DNA of 64,000 nt from the human T2T-CHM13v2.0 reference genome, Homo sapiens (GCF_009914755.1 NC_060926.1), one strand, 5' to 3'; positions 38,123 to 51,524 are shown, counted from the stretch's first letter. The notes: generated from the sequence alone by a model not told the origin. Numbers and translations are program-made.

Positions 38123-40330
38123 CTGAAAAAAAATAAAAGTTTGTTCTAAGCCCGTGGCATTTCCGCGCGCAGATGGAAAGGCAAGTGGGAGAGGAGGGTG
38201 CAGGTGCGGGGCGGGCGCGGCGGCCCCTTCAGGCGCCGGGGGCTGGGCTGCCCCCGGCCGGGAGCAGCTCCGCTCCGCGCACGTGGCTGTGGGCGCTGCG
38301 GACGGGGGACGGCAGGCGGGGAGTGGAGGGTGCAGTGCCCGCAGGTGCCGACGGCTTCCTCCCAGAGCCCTTCGCGCCGCGCCTTGCCTGGCTGGTGGCG
38401 CGGGGAAACCATGGCAGCATTGCGGCTCCGGCGGGCGGGCTCTGCGCGGGGCCCCACCGAGCTTTCCGGGAGCCTCTCCCGCAGCCGATGGGCATCTAGG
38501 GGCGCAGAACGAAGAGTGGGCGCCGAAACGGGTGTAGGCGCTGGAGGTCGACGGGGAGGCCCGGGGCGGTCAGGCTTCTCGGTAGAGAGGGCCGTGCACC
38601 TCGCGGCCTGCGGGCTAAGGCGGGGAGCCGCTCCTGCGGCGGCCGGGCGCGCGGACTGGAGGGAGGGAAGCGCCACGGACCGGGGAACCGGGGTGACGGG
38701 GAGACGGGGGGGCTGGTGGGGTGAGGTCGGCGGGCAGCAGCCAAGTGTTCTGCAGCTCCGAACCCCGCCACCCTCTGGGCGAACGGAATGGCACCCGCGG
38801 AGACGGGCGGGGACGGGCGAAAGCGGGTTTGCTCCGACCCGAAGCTGAGCCCGGGTTGGAGGGCGAGACCGTAGGCGAGAATGGCCGCGCGGGCTGGGAG
38901 ACCCGGGCCGGTATGGAGTGAGTGGAGCCGCCCGAGGTAGGGTAGTTGGGGATGGTAGTTGTGAAGACAGTCGGAGTCTAGCTCCGGGCAGACGAAACAC
39001 CGGGGCGCGCCAGGGTCCGTTTCCTCCTTCTCTCTGCTTTCCCACCAGCCCTGTAGATACGGAGCCAGCAGTCGGGCTAGAGCGGAGGCTGAGGGTCGCG
39101 GTTCCAAGGGCGGTCTCTCGCCCCAGGTCAGGCCCCACCCCGCGGTGGCGGTCGCGTGGCGCTGTCCTGGAGTTGAGCTGTCCCCGCGCCGCGGCCCGCA
39201 CGCCCAGGACCGCACACCGCCGCCCGCAGGCAGAGACGCCTGCAACCTCGCCCTCTCGCCCGGCTCCCAGCTCGGGGCTGGGAACCGGAAAGGTGCATTT
39301 CCGTGTGGGGTGGGGGCGATTCCCGGCTGTCGGCGGTGGGGCTAGGCCTTGCGGCGGATGAGCCAGACCTTCCCGGCTTTCCAGCCAGCCGGGTTCGGGA
39401 TTTCCCGACGGTCGGACGGGTGGAGGCGAGGAAGGGCGGCTATCCCCCAGCCTCTTCAGGAAGAAGCCGTAGGGCCAAGGAAGGGATGGGTGACGGGGCT
39501 CACACCATTCCAGCGCTGCCCTCGAACTCGCGGGCCTCCGTTCCCTTTGCAGTCACTTGGTGTGCGCCCCAGTCCCGGGCAACATTACTGCCCGCGGGCG
39601 CCTTGTGTGCATGGCTGCTGCCTGCGGCGCACCGGCCTGAGCCTGGAGGGAGGTGCGGGGCGGGAGAGGCGGCCCTCCCTGGGTCTCCCCTGCCTGTCAC
39701 ATCTGCACTTATTTAAAGCTCGGCTGGTGGTCCGCGCTCTCTGGAATGCCAGTTGCGGGCCTGGCCTCCTACGGCATTTGCACTGATTAGCTAGCGGGTC
39801 ATGGGGGAGATGAGGGGCTTAGGGGGGAAGACCGGAGGTTCACAATATTCCGCCTGCCTCTGTCCCGCGAGCTAATCGGAGCCCAGTGATTCCCGCTGCA
39901 CCAATGGCTGAGTGTGTCAGGGAGCAGAGAACCGAACTTGAAGGATGTTGGATGCGTCTGGGAACGGCCATTGCCACTTAGTAGTATGTTGTGGGCCGGC
40001 GCGCACACATGACCCTAAATCTCTGCAGGCTCTAGCGCTGAAGCGGGCGGAGAAGGGGAACAAGTGCTGTGACCCCAAGTCCTAAAAGTTTGTACGCAGT
40101 GTCTGGGATATGCAGTATCCTTGATGCGAAACTCTTAAATGTTTGCTGGTGCAAGTCCATACAAAACGAGGTTGGCCTGCCTCGCTTAAAATACCGTACA
40201 CAAAGCGTAAAAAAGGCACGGGCAATCCGCATCGAGGACGCCACCCCAAGCGGAAGAGGCCCGGTGCAAATTCATCGCTGAAAAACAAGCTGGGTTCTAA
40301 TTTACTGTGACTCCCACGGGCGCAGGGGTT
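37950..40330. promoter_or_regulatory. CpG island (~2.4 kb) with no associated coding gene
   Basis: Dense CpG and high GC with a sharp boundary against AT-rich flanks; GC boxes; TATTTAAA at 39710-39717; gcaCCAATggc at 39901-39905. Confidence 0.95.
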
Positions 40331-42729
40331 GGGAGGAGAAGCAAAGGGGGACATTTTTTTATTTTTGAAGCCTCAAAAAGTTCGATCTGATTTTGCATTT
40401 GCCTTTGGACTTGGTATAATTAAGGGTGAAAATAAGGCCCCTCTGTATTTCTATTCCCCTTTGCTTTTCTGCGGAGCTTTTACCTCAGAGGAAAGTTGTT
40501 TTAGTAATCTGGGAAAGAGAAACCATGTGCTGAGTCAGCAAAAACGCGGCACCAGGCCAGTTCAGCTCAATTATACTGCTGTGTGTAATGTACACACTCT
40601 ATATGCCTTTGTGGAAATAATGAAAAATATATTAGAATTCTCATGGCATAGCAATGCCCACGAAGCCTGTTGGCAGTTGAGAGCCAGATTTCCGTGTCTT
40701 CTAATACAAGGAAACAGGTTCTGAACATGTCTTCTAACAAGCCTTAGATCCAAGGCCACTTAATGTGAGAGGACAAGAAAAATGCAGTTCTCAAAACAAC
40801 ACAAAATATTTTACTTTTTTTTCAAATGGTCGTGTTACAGAATGCTTAAATACTCCTTTCTGCTTGTGTTCTTCTGACAAGTGTTCAAGGTGGCTCCAAC
40901 AGATGGAATCTTAGATTTTTATTTTGCATCATTAAATGCATTTCTCAAAACTGATTCTTGAAAAGGTCTGAAAAGTCTCCTTGCAAGTCCTTGACCATGC
41001 ATTCTCATTTGTGTGGAAGGAATAAATGTTTTCAGAGTCACTTGGAATGAAACTCTCTTAAACTACTAAGCAATTATTTTTCGGAATAATTGCTTTTAAC
41101 TGTCCAAGTGTTACCTGAATTTGCAGTATGTGAACATTTCAGCTGTTAAGCAACAGTCTAAATTGTGCTTTTAATGACACACATTCAGTATTTCTGGGGA
41201 TATTTCTTCATAGTTATTTTAATTCTAAGAGTTTAGTTGCAGAAAGTGACTTTTGAAAAACAAAAATAGCATATTACATAAAGAACTAACCAGAAGTTTG
41301 CCTCAGTTTCATTTGTCTTTTCTACCTCAAAATGTGAAATTAGTACATCTTTTATGCTTTTACTATTTAAAGTCTTAAAAATATATAGTTGTGTTTCAGT
41401 ATAATGCAGAAATATCTGGATGTGAAAAATTCAGTCTGTCACCCAACTTCCAGATGTTTGGTACTACGCAGACAAAACATCAGAATGAATGACCAAATTT
41501 TTTTCTCTACAATCCAGATGGCTTAGTGCCTCTTGCTTCTATAAGGAAGCATATTTTCCTTTCTCTAAACATCACATCCTACTGTAGCCCACATAAGGCA
41601 TGATTTACACTCCTTCAGCTACAAAATGTTAGGCCATTTGGAGTGCAGCAAAGCAATCAGTTAATGAAACTATATGTTTTGGTGAATGTAGTCCAAGTCC
41701 AAGTGTTAGTGTGTACTTAGGAGGGAGTGGTGGTGGTGGAGTCAGAAATGGGAAGGTAGGAGAGTGAGCGCCTTGTTCAATGGGAGAATAACTTGGCTAA
41801 AAGGACACAGCCTTCCAAAAATCCATCTGTGCCATCCATAATCGTAATAGGTGAAGTGGAACATTTAGCAGCTTCAACAGGGCTGCCTTTTGCCTGAGAT
41901 GCAGCTGGACTGTGAAATGTCCATCGTGTACTCTGAAGCTTTCTTTCCCTACTGTTCCTTCTTGGAGCATTATAAAATGGAACAGATGAATGTAATGTAA
42001 CATTATAACATTAGGACTCATGAACATTATACAGGTGGAAAAATTCTCTGTTTTAAAAGTAAAAAGGCAAGTAAGTGATTTAAATATTCATATTGTTATA
42101 TGGTGAATATTTAAGTCACTCAAAAATGTAGTGATGATGAATGGATTTCTCTTCCTATGACATGTCACCGCATTTTACAGTTGTTGAACTTGGGGCTGAA
42201 GACAGCAACATTTTTTCCTTCCCCAAAGTCAAAGAGATTTAAGATCATGAACAGAGAGCCAGAGTTTCTCTGCTTAAACATGTTGAGAAAGAAGGAATAG
42301 ATATAAAGAGACTTCCACTAGAATCAGCAGATGAAATCAAACCCAGAATGAATTCCATTCTATTTATTAACCTCACACTCCCTGGATTATAGAACAGTGT
42401 TTAGATAATGAATGGCAATGAATGTTAAAACATCATAAAACCTGACCACTTAACAATCGCTGCAAGAAAAACATACCATTTTAAATAGACCTTCTTACAA
42501 CTCAGAATCTGGGCCTTGGATAATAAGACAGGATTTTATACTGGCCCAAGGTCAATTTTAAAGAATAGTTTATGGGAATCTAGTAGAACCTTGGGGTACA
42601 TATACTGAGTAAAGAGACTCAAAAGTCAAGTGGGAATCTTTAACACCATATAAAACAGAATCACAGTTACTTTTCTTGATTGGATGTTTTCACGACTTTT
42701 TTGGTAATTCATTTATTAGAATAATAAAC

Positions 42730-42880
42730 TGACAGAGCTGGAATGGACTTAGAGCTCATCCAGGTCTCTGTCTTTATAGATGAGGAAATGGAACCAAAAT
42801 GAAAGGACCTATCTAAGGCCACACAGTCATTACAAGAAGGGTCAGAACTAGAATCACAGAGTTCTAATTGTGAGTCACAG
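42730..42880 (-). mobile_element. MIR SINE
   Basis: tttatagatgaggaaatggaacc...ctaaggccacacag...cagaactagaatc. Confidence 0.7.
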
Positions 42881-43746
42881 AGTCCAGCCCTGTCTCCAGG
42901 ACAGCTTGCCTTTGAATCACTATGACGTGGCTCAGCGTTACAGATTTCCTAGTGGTGTCCAAGAAACTGACACCCATCACTGCAGGCTGGAAATGGCTCA
43001 ACATCATTCATTTGTATTACACATCTAAGAGCTATAAAACAAACCCAGTGTGAAGGCAAAGTTTCCCCATTTGTCTCCAGAATAAGACAGACTATTGCAA
43101 AAACAGAGCTAATAAAACTCTGTCAACTTCAACAACTTGGTTAGAGGTCCTGATAACAAGTGACAGCCTTAGCTTTTTACAGACAACTTATAGTGCCTTG
43201 GAAGCATGTCATGTGCAGAATCCGCTACAGTGTCTTTGAAAATAGCACAGTCAAACATTCAAAATTTAAGTGACGTTAATGGGGAAGAGAGGAGGAGGTG
43301 GTGGTTATAGCCATGTCTACACTACTCTTTACAGAAGACATAGATGTCAGTGGTCCTTCACTCGTCTCAGAAAACAACTCACGACTACAGCAGCTTGCAT
43401 GATGAAATGGAAGGTTAGGATGCAAGGGGAAGGTGGAGGGTGGAAGATGGGGTTGGTGGGTCATATTAGATAGCAATATGAAGCATACTGTTCCCCAGTT
43501 TTGAGGAACTGGGGATCTCACTAGTTCTCATGGTGTGAGCCAAGGAAATAGACTCTTATGTGATGTTATCAAAGCTTTTCTGTTTAATGTTTTATTCAAC
43601 ATCAAATGAGAACATAGAAGCATTGCTTCTAGGAAGGGAAGACAACCCCTGACTCCTACACGAGTATTCTGCTCCAGGAATTGCAAGGAAGTTTAAGGAT
43701 TAGGAGAGATGGGGGTAGAAGGAATGGGTGAAGTCAGGACTCAGTA

Positions 43747-44101
43747 TGGTTGGCCCTCTATATCTGTGGGTTCCGTATCTGTGGATTCAACCAACCTCGG
43801 ATGGAAACTATTCAGAAAAAAAAAAAAAAGGATGGTTTCATCTGTACTGAACGCATCATAGGCTTTTCTTTCTTGTCATTATTCTCTAAGAAATACAGTA
43901 TAACAACTATTTACAAAGCATTTACATTGTATTAGGTATTATAAGTAATCTAGAGATGACTTAAAGTACACTACATAAGAGGATATGCATAGGTTATATG
44001 CAAATACCATATAATTTTATATAAGGGACTTGAACATCTGTGGATTTTGGTATTCTTGGGAGGTTCTGGAACCCATCCCCAGTGGATACCAAGGGACTGT
44101 G
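43747..44101. mobile_element. MER2 (TcMar-Tigger) non-autonomous DNA transposon
   Basis: ggccctctatatctgtgggttcc...taagtaatctagagatg...atccccagtggataccaagggactg; TA on both flanks. Confidence 0.9.
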
Positions 44102-44699
44102 TATTTGGAGTTGTGAGAAAAGAATGGTCATGTTTTGATTATCTTGTAGAGAAAGGAGTTCTTGGTAAGGCCTTCCCTCCAAGCTAATTCAAAGTTAGTG
44201 CTCCCTGAGAAGCAGGATCTGGCCAGAATTTGAGAGAGCGGGATGCTGGGAGAAGAGGTCTATATTTTTAAAAAATGCTTAGGGGAGCAACTAAACCAGC
44301 AAAAGTTAAACCAAATAAAACCATCATGCCCACTTACCTCTTTAATTTACTCTCCCAAACAGATCATCATTTGAGCTATTCCACTGAAGTCAAGCATGAA
44401 ATCTATTTAGCTGGATAGCTACCCATTTCCTGTGACCTGCAAAAGAGATGCCCTATTCTTTCAGGATCCTTGGAATGCCACATGCCCAGGCCCACTGGAA
44501 AACTGGGAAGGAAAACTGGAGCCACATGCCTGGGCCCACTGAGATTCATCACCCTTCCCCTACAACCCTGTGTCAAGGAAACACAAAGATAGAGTGGATT
44601 TCAGCACCACCCAATGCAGACGCATGGCTGCTAGTTTATCAGCATAGGTCAATGAATGGTTTTAAGTTGCTATGGGTTTAAGAGGATCTCTTAGTTGAT

Positions 44700-45450
44700 G
44701 GGAATTTTTGAATCTTTTTTTTGCGTGGGACCCTTTGGCAGTTTTGTAAAATGTACAGACTATTTCTCAGAATGTTTCTAAACGTGTAAGTTATATTGAA
44801 ATTGGCCAGGCACGGTGGTTCATGCCTGTAATCCCAGCATTTTGGGAGACCGAGGTGGGCGGATCACTTGAGGTCAGGAGTTTGAGACCAACCTGGCCAA
44901 CATGGTGAAACCCCGTCTCTACTAAAAAAAATACAAAAGTTAGCCAGGCGTGGTGGTGTGTGCCTGTAATCCCAGCTACTTGGGAGGCTGAGGCAAGGAG
45001 AATCGCATAAACCTGGGATGTGGAGGTTGCAGTGAGCCAAGATTGTGCCATTGCACTCCAGCCTGGGTGACAAAGCGAGACTCTGTCTCAGAAAAAAAAA
45101 CAAAAACAAAAATATATATATATAGAAATAAAATTATCAAGATTTTTTTAAGAAATAAGTTTGTGATATATTTCTTTGTTAGCACATCAAATGCAAGATC
45201 TAGTGGTGAGTCTAATAATTTCTGTGATATTGAAACAATGATAAGCGTTAATGATAAATTCAAAATATCCTCAACAACTATAATGTGATATGAAGGTATC
45301 TGTGATTTCTATTGGTGAGAAAGTCACAGGTATTGCTAATGCATCTGTAGCTTGTTGTCTACATTCATAATGAAAAGAAATGCTAATTTTTAAATAATGA
45401 TTGGTAGAAATGAAAATGTAAGTTTTTCATCCAAGTTTATGGACTTCTGC
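44700..45450. mobile_element. hAT-Charlie relic (Charlie4a-like) split by an Alu
   Basis: ggaccctttggcag...ttctcagaatgtt | caagatctagtgg...gatttctattggtga.aaagtcacaggtattgctaat...catccaagtttatggac. Confidence 0.65.
44804..45110 (+). mobile_element. AluS (Sx/Sz-like)
   Basis: Full dimer with A-rich tail. Confidence 0.96.
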
Positions 45451-46039
45451 TTTTCCTTGATTGCATTTGCAAATCTCCTTACTTCCTCTTGAAGAACCCC
45501 TTAGAGGGAGGAAGAGGGGGCAGTTCTAATAGTACCTTAGAGATATGAAATGAGATGGTCACAGCCATATGAGTAGATTTTGATTGGATTACACTGGGCC
45601 CAAGTTTGGAGTGTCAACATTAAACCTGTGATATAAGATCTTGTTCCTAAGATGAAAAGTAACTTTATATTGTAATCCTGTAGAGTTGAGATCTTGAGAA
45701 GCATTCCCTTGATAAGAGGACACTGGAGGAAGTGTCAAAATCACCTTCAAAGTAGGAGAGTGGTAACCAGAGCCAGGAAGGACTTGATAAGGATGAGTGA
45801 ATCACCTCTGCTTGGTGAATGAGCCCAGGGTGGAGCTCAGCCTCCATCCAGGGAGCTTCAGTCTCCATCCAGGGAGTCTTTGTCAAGCAAACAGAGCAAA
45901 TCCCCAGAGAGGAGGGGATCTGCAGTAAGGGTGGGAGAGGCACATGCAGATCAGGCAGAACAGCCTGTAGCCTGGCAGCAGAGAGCAGAGAGAGAGCCCA
46001 AGCAGGAGTGTCTTCCTGAAGAGTAGACAACGATTGATC

Positions 46040-46990
46040 ATTTAAACTTCATTCAAATTAAGAACTTTCACTTATCAATAGACATTACTGAAGAAAATGG
46101 AAAGGCAAACCACATACTGGGAGGAAAATATTCAAGACATATATCTGACAGAAGATTCATATCCACCATATCCACAATATATAAAGAGCTCTTACAAGTC
46201 AAAAACAAATACAACCCAAAGATCATAAATGTACAAAAGACTCCACAGACACTTCACAAAGAGGATATCCAAATGGCCAGTAAGCATTTGAAAAGGTGCT
46301 CAATGTCATTAGTCATCAGGACATGCAAATTAAGCCTTCACTCAAATACACAAATTGCAGAAGGACTGAAAAAGTAGAAATTCATGATGTCAAGTGTTGG
46401 AGAGGATATGGAGCAACTGAAACTCACACACTGTGGGTGGGAACGTACACTAGTATACCCACTTTGGAAAGCTTTTAGTATCTACTAAAACAAAGCACAA
46501 ATTGATGCCCAAGACCCAGTAACTCCATTCTTAGTTATAGGCCCAAGATTGGATTTGTCTACCAAAAGACAGGTACAAGAATATAGCTTTATGTATTTTA
46601 TATATTTATAAATATAAATATTCATTTATATAAATATTTATCAACTTTATTCACTATAGCATCAACCTGGAAAGAACCCAAATTGCAGTATATTTACACA
46701 TAGGAATATCACGTAGCAATGAAAAAGAACAAACTATCACTATACACAAAGTGGGTGAACCGTATAGTCATAATGTAGAGCAAAAGGAGCCAGATGTAAA
46801 AGAGTATACACAGTATGATTCCATTTATGTGAAAGATGAGAACAGGCAAAACAAATCTATGGTGATAAAGGTCAGGATAGAATTTACTTTTGCAGGATGG
46901 GGAATTGATTGGGAGAGGACACAAGGGCACCTTCTGTGGTGCTGAGTTATAAATATTATTGACTTTCTGAAAAGTGATTTGGAAATGCAG
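46040..46990 (+). mobile_element. Old L1M 3' fragment
   Basis: aaatggaaaggcaaaccaca.actgggag...ccaaatggccagtaagca...tatgattccatttatgtgaaag...acaggcaaaac. Confidence 0.75.
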
Positions 46991-47079
46991 TCAAGTAAAA
47001 GCAGACTGCCATACTGTAGATTCACTCCCTCTGACTCTGGTTTTATATTACAAAAGGATTTCACTTGGGCCATAGGAGC

Positions 47080-47430
47080 ATGAAGAGAGTACAAGGGCAA
47101 GCTACAAACTGGCAAACGATTCTTGCAATAGACGTATCTGATGAATGGCTTGCATCCAGTTAAAAAATGTGCAAAAGATTCAAACTTTATAAAAGAAGAT
47201 AACCAAATGGCTAATAAGTGTAGGGAAAGTTGCTCAATATCTTTATTCGTCAGGGAAATGCAGATTAAAACCACAATCCCACAAAATAATACACGCCCAC
47301 GAAATGACTGAAATACCAAAGGTGGGCAAGCATTGAGCAATGGAACTCTCCCACACTGCTGATGGGAATGAAAAATGGCATAGTCATAGTGGAAACCAGC
47401 TGTATCTACGAACGCTAAGCATGTGCCTAT
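47080..47430 (+). mobile_element. Second old L1M fragment
   Basis: caagctacaaactgg...aaatggctaataag...cagggaaatgcagattaaaaccacaat...acactgctgatgggaatg. Confidence 0.65.
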
Positions 47431-48729
47431 AAGGCAAGAGCCCTTCGTGACTGGTCCAGGAGCCCAGTTAAATAAGAACAGGGAGAAGGACCAGAAATCT
47501 TGTCTAATGAAGTCTGCCAGGCTTAGGAAACTCTATTTTAAATGTTTGGGGTTTTTTTCCTTAGATTTCTAGCAAAGTTCTTTTTTTTTGCAAAATCCCA
47601 GCATTATCTTGGTTTAATTAAAGGAGAAGGGGAATTGTCTGCTTCGTTCAGAATAGTAAGGGAAATGAGAAGTCCAGTCTGCTGGTGGACATGGCTGGGT
47701 CAGCAAGAATACCTGGGAACACTGTGGAGCCCTGGAGTGAGTTGGCAAGTCAGGATAGTTCAAGGTTTCTCTTGTGGGGCCCCAGGGGAAAACACTGAGA
47801 AAGCTACTCACCTCCTTCTACCACTGTCCAGGAAATGGTCTATCCCTTCTTAGAGCTCTAGCTGCCCATGGGTGGCACAAACAACATGTGTGCCTTGCAC
47901 AGAGGTGTTTCTGCAGCCCTCACTTCTGTACTGGTAAGCCAGTGCTGCAGGAACTGGCATGGGAGCCTGGCAACAGAATTGAGAATCCAGCTCGGGAGGG
48001 GAGGATGAAGGTGATGGGGACGAGGACTTGGGGTAAGGGGAGCAAAGTGGCCGAAGAATTAAGATGACCAGAGCCAACAGAAGGCCCCCCTTCCAGCTCT
48101 CCTCTTGTGAGCCCATCCATCAGCATGGCCTTCTGGCCCCACATTGATGCTTCCCATGAAAATTGGTGCCGGGATGGACAAGCTCCAGGGTGACTCAACA
48201 AACAGCAAACAGCACAAGGATGGCTGGGGATTTGACATCTGTTCCATGTCCCATAATGAAAACTTATTTCTCCTAAACACTGAGGATGGCAGCTACAAAT
48301 ACCAACCTTTGTGGCTCACTGTCAACATATTTTTTCCTAGTTTGAGAATTTTCTCAGGAGATGCAACCGATGATGCACCCCAGACTCCCCAAGTCACATG
48401 TCAAAGTTCCAACTTATGGCAACTCAGTCCTTGAACAAAATGTGAAGTATAAGATACTAGCCCTCTTGTGATAGAAAGGGGTTTTTTTGTTCATTTGTGT
48501 TTTTTTTTAGGTTTCTATTAAACTTAGACCCCTTTCACATGTGTTGTTCTGTTCATGTGTTGTTTGGAAGACTGACTTTTCAACCTCATATTCATTGTTG
48601 TCATCATCCACCTACATGTATTAGGCACTTACTGTACGTAGAATGCTGTGTTTATCACAGAAGCGTTGTATATAAACTCATACAAGGTATCCATAGGATG
48701 ACCAAGGTCTTGTTATTAAATCCCAAGAT

Positions 48730-48880
48730 ACCATTCATTCATTCATGCACTCAGAGAATCATTTTGTGAGCCTCTACCATGTGCCCAGCACCATGTGGCT
48801 GTTGGTGACACAACAGAAAGCAGCAGAACAGAAGAAGTCTCTGCCCCAACAGTGCTAATGGTCCAGTAAGGGAGGAAGAT
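48730..48880 (-). mobile_element. L2 3' fragment
   Basis: cattcattcattca...tgagcctctaccatgtgcccagcac. Confidence 0.6.
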
Positions 48881-48886
48881 TTTAAC

Positions 48887-49203
48887 TTTTTTTAAAAAAT
48901 TTTATTTATTATTTTTTTGAGATGGAGTCTCGCTCTATTGCCCAGACTGGAGTGAGTGCAGCGGTGTAATCTCGGTTCACTGCAACCTCCACCTTCCAGG
49001 TTCAGCAATTCTCATGCCTCAGCCTCCCAGGTAGCTGGGACTACAGGCGTACACCACCATGCCCAGCTACTTTTTGTATTTTTAGTAGAGACGGGGTTTT
49101 GCCATGTTGGACAGGCTGGTCTTGAACTCCTGACCTCAAGTGATCCACCCGCCTCGGCCTCCCGAAGTGCTGGGATTACAGGTGTGAGTCACCACGCCCG
49201 GCC
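48887..49203 (-). mobile_element. AluS (Sx/Sz-like)
   Basis: Full dimer, reverse orientation. Confidence 0.96.
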
Positions 49204-49789
49204 AGTATTTTGACTTTTAGAAATCACTCCTGTCTGCACATTTCACATTCCCCAACCCTAAACTACCAAAAGAAGGTAGTTGTTAAGTTTAGAATCATCA
49301 GGGGTACACAGTGGGATAGAAACTCACTGCACTTTGAGAGGGTGAGATTTATACAGACTGGCAGGGAGAAATAACCAAACAGGCTGAGGAGGCTGTGACT
49401 GGTAGTTGCATCATACATTGTAGGGGGTTTGGGGCTATTTGAAGGAAGGCAGCTGTGGCATCCTGCAAACTAAGAGACGCGGCCGTGGAGGAAGAACGGC
49501 AGGGCTGTTCTCATTTGGTTGTGTGAGGTCTGTTGCCCACCATGTGGTTGAGACTCCCTAAAGCTGATTTCAGAGAGTAGGTGGAATCTGGGGTGAGGGG
49601 GTAGGAGGTGGGGTTCAGGGCAGGTGGAGACCCAGACTGAAGGGAAGGAGAATGTTGTTGTAGGCATCCCTCTGACTGGGTCTCCACAGACAAAGAAGAA
49701 TGAAGGAAGAGAATTCAACAATATTACTACCCACTCATAGGAAGGGAGAGGATGATGTATTTGCAGCTGCTGTTCACTTTACAAACACC

Positions 49790-49980
49790 TTCACACATAT
49801 GGTCGCACTTGTTTCTCTAAATAGCTTTTGAAGTAGGCAAGGCGGGCCATTTCACAGAGGAGAGAACCAAGGCATCTTTCTAATTGAGATTAAGGGATTT
49901 GCTCAATACCACACCACTTATTAAGTGGCAGAGGGGGCACTTGAACCTGCTTCCTCTGTTAGTCCTGTCTTCTTTCCATA
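49790..49980 (-). mobile_element. MIR SINE
   Basis: ccatttcacagaggagagaaccaaggca...gattaagggatttgctcaataccacac...ttaagtggcagag. Confidence 0.65.
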
Positions 49981-50308
49981 GGCATGAATATTATTATTTA
50001 AATTTGCAGAGACCCCCATCCAGGAGCCCAGAACCTCCCAAGATGAAGGTTTGCTCCTGAACTTGGCAAATAACATTGACAATTCTGCCAGGAAGGAATC
50101 TTGCATTTGTCAGAACACTTCCCAGAAGGGCTGCCTCTGTGTGCTGAAGAGAAAACAGATGTCAGGGACTAGTTCTCAGCCTGCAACATTCAGTCCACTT
50201 TATTTTCTTCCACAGGCAGATTGAGACAGAGGGATTCCTCCCTGCCTGACAGGGCCAGTATTATGCACATGGAATATAAATAGCTGTCTCTACCATATGA
50301 TTCTAGGA

Positions 50309-50635
50309 CTGGTGTCAGTAAACTTTCTATACAGGTCCAGATAGTAAATGTTTTAGGGTTTTTAGGCCACATGCAATTTCTGTTACAACTACTTAACTCC
50401 GCCATTGAGGCGTGAAAGCCACCATAGACAATGTATAAATGATGGGGATGGCTGTGTTCCAGTAAAACTTTATGGACACTGAAATGTGCATTTCATATAA
50501 TTTTCACATGTCACAAAATGGTATTCTTCCATTGACTTTTTTTCAACTATTTAAAAATACAAACACCATTCTTAGCTTGTGGATTATACAAAACAGGTGT
50601 TGGGCAAGGTTTGGCCCATAGGTTTAGAAGACCAA
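50309..50635 (+). mobile_element. MER58B-like hAT-Charlie element
   Basis: gtcagtaaactttc...ccagatagtaaatgttttagg...ggctgtgttccagtaaaactttatggacactgaaat...tttggcccatagg. Confidence 0.85.
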
Positions 50636-50722
50636 AGAGCTCTCTCTGTCCCAAATATTGTCCCCATAGAGACCTGGATTTCCAACTTCCACCATCAGCT
50701 TCACCATCAGTACTCCATTCCT

Positions 50723-50756
50723 CTTTCTTTCTCTCTTTTTTCTTTCCTTCTCTTTC

Positions 50757-50787
<31 letters not shown>

Positions 50788-50949
50788 CAGGTCTTGCTCT
50801 GTTGCCCTCTGTTGCCCTCTGTTGCCCTGGCTGGAGTGCAGTGGCACAATCATAGCTCACCATAGCCTTGAACACCTTGGCTCAAGTGATTCTCCTGCCT
50901 CAGCCTCCTGAGTAGCTGGGACTACAGGCACACTCCACCACACCTGGCT
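50723..50949 (-). mobile_element. Alu single arm (FRAM or truncated AluJ)
   Basis: One Alu arm with poly(T); internal ctctgttgcc x3. Confidence 0.85.
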
Positions 50950-51050
50950 GGTACTCATCCCTTTTGGGTTTCACTGTACTTTTTCAGACTCTTCTTTTTA
51001 AGAAGCAGGCATCCAGGGAGGAGGATGATTAGAAAGAAGCCTCAGTTCTC

Positions 51051-51376
51051 GGCTGGGCATAGTGGCTCATGCCTGTAATCCCAGCACTTTGGGAGGCCGA
51101 GGTGGTGGATCACAAGGTCAGGAGTTCGAGACCAGCCTGGTCAACATGGTGAAACCCCATCTCTACTAAGAAAAATACCAAAAACAATTAGCCAGGCATG
51201 GTGGCATGCGCTTGTAATCCCAGCTACTCGGGAGGCTGAGGGGGAGCATTGCTTGAACCCAGGAGGTAGAAGCTGCAGTGAGCTGAGATCGCGCCACTGC
51301 ACTCCAGCCTGGGTGACAGAGCAAGACTTCATCTCAAAAAAAAATAAATAAATAAAACCAAAAAAGAAAGAAAGAA
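51051..51376 (+). mobile_element. AluS (Sg-like)
   Basis: Full dimer; 20-bp TSD agaaagaagcctcagttctc at 51031-51050 and 51377-51396. Confidence 0.96.
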
Positions 51377-51524
51377 AGAAAGAAGCCTCAGTTCTCTCCT
51401 CCGTGAAATGCCGTGCCTACTTCAAAGGCTATTAAGAGAAACAAGTGCAATCATACGTGTGAAGGTGAAAAATGAACACTAGGTGCAAATACATCACCCT
51501 AACTTCATTTTAGAGCTTTATTAG

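Noticed and set aside
38490-38780. Possible CTCF sites in the island
   Set aside because: Only partial matches to CCASYAGRKGGC with mismatches at core positions
38146-39201. 351-aa minus-strand ORF and overlapping 100-250 aa ORFs in the island
   Set aside because: Pro/Arg/Ala/Gly-rich, open in several frames on both strands, no recognisable domain; expected from stop-codon scarcity in GC-rich DNA
44600-44625. TTCAGCACC REST half-site
   Set aside because: No GGACAG half-site at canonical spacing
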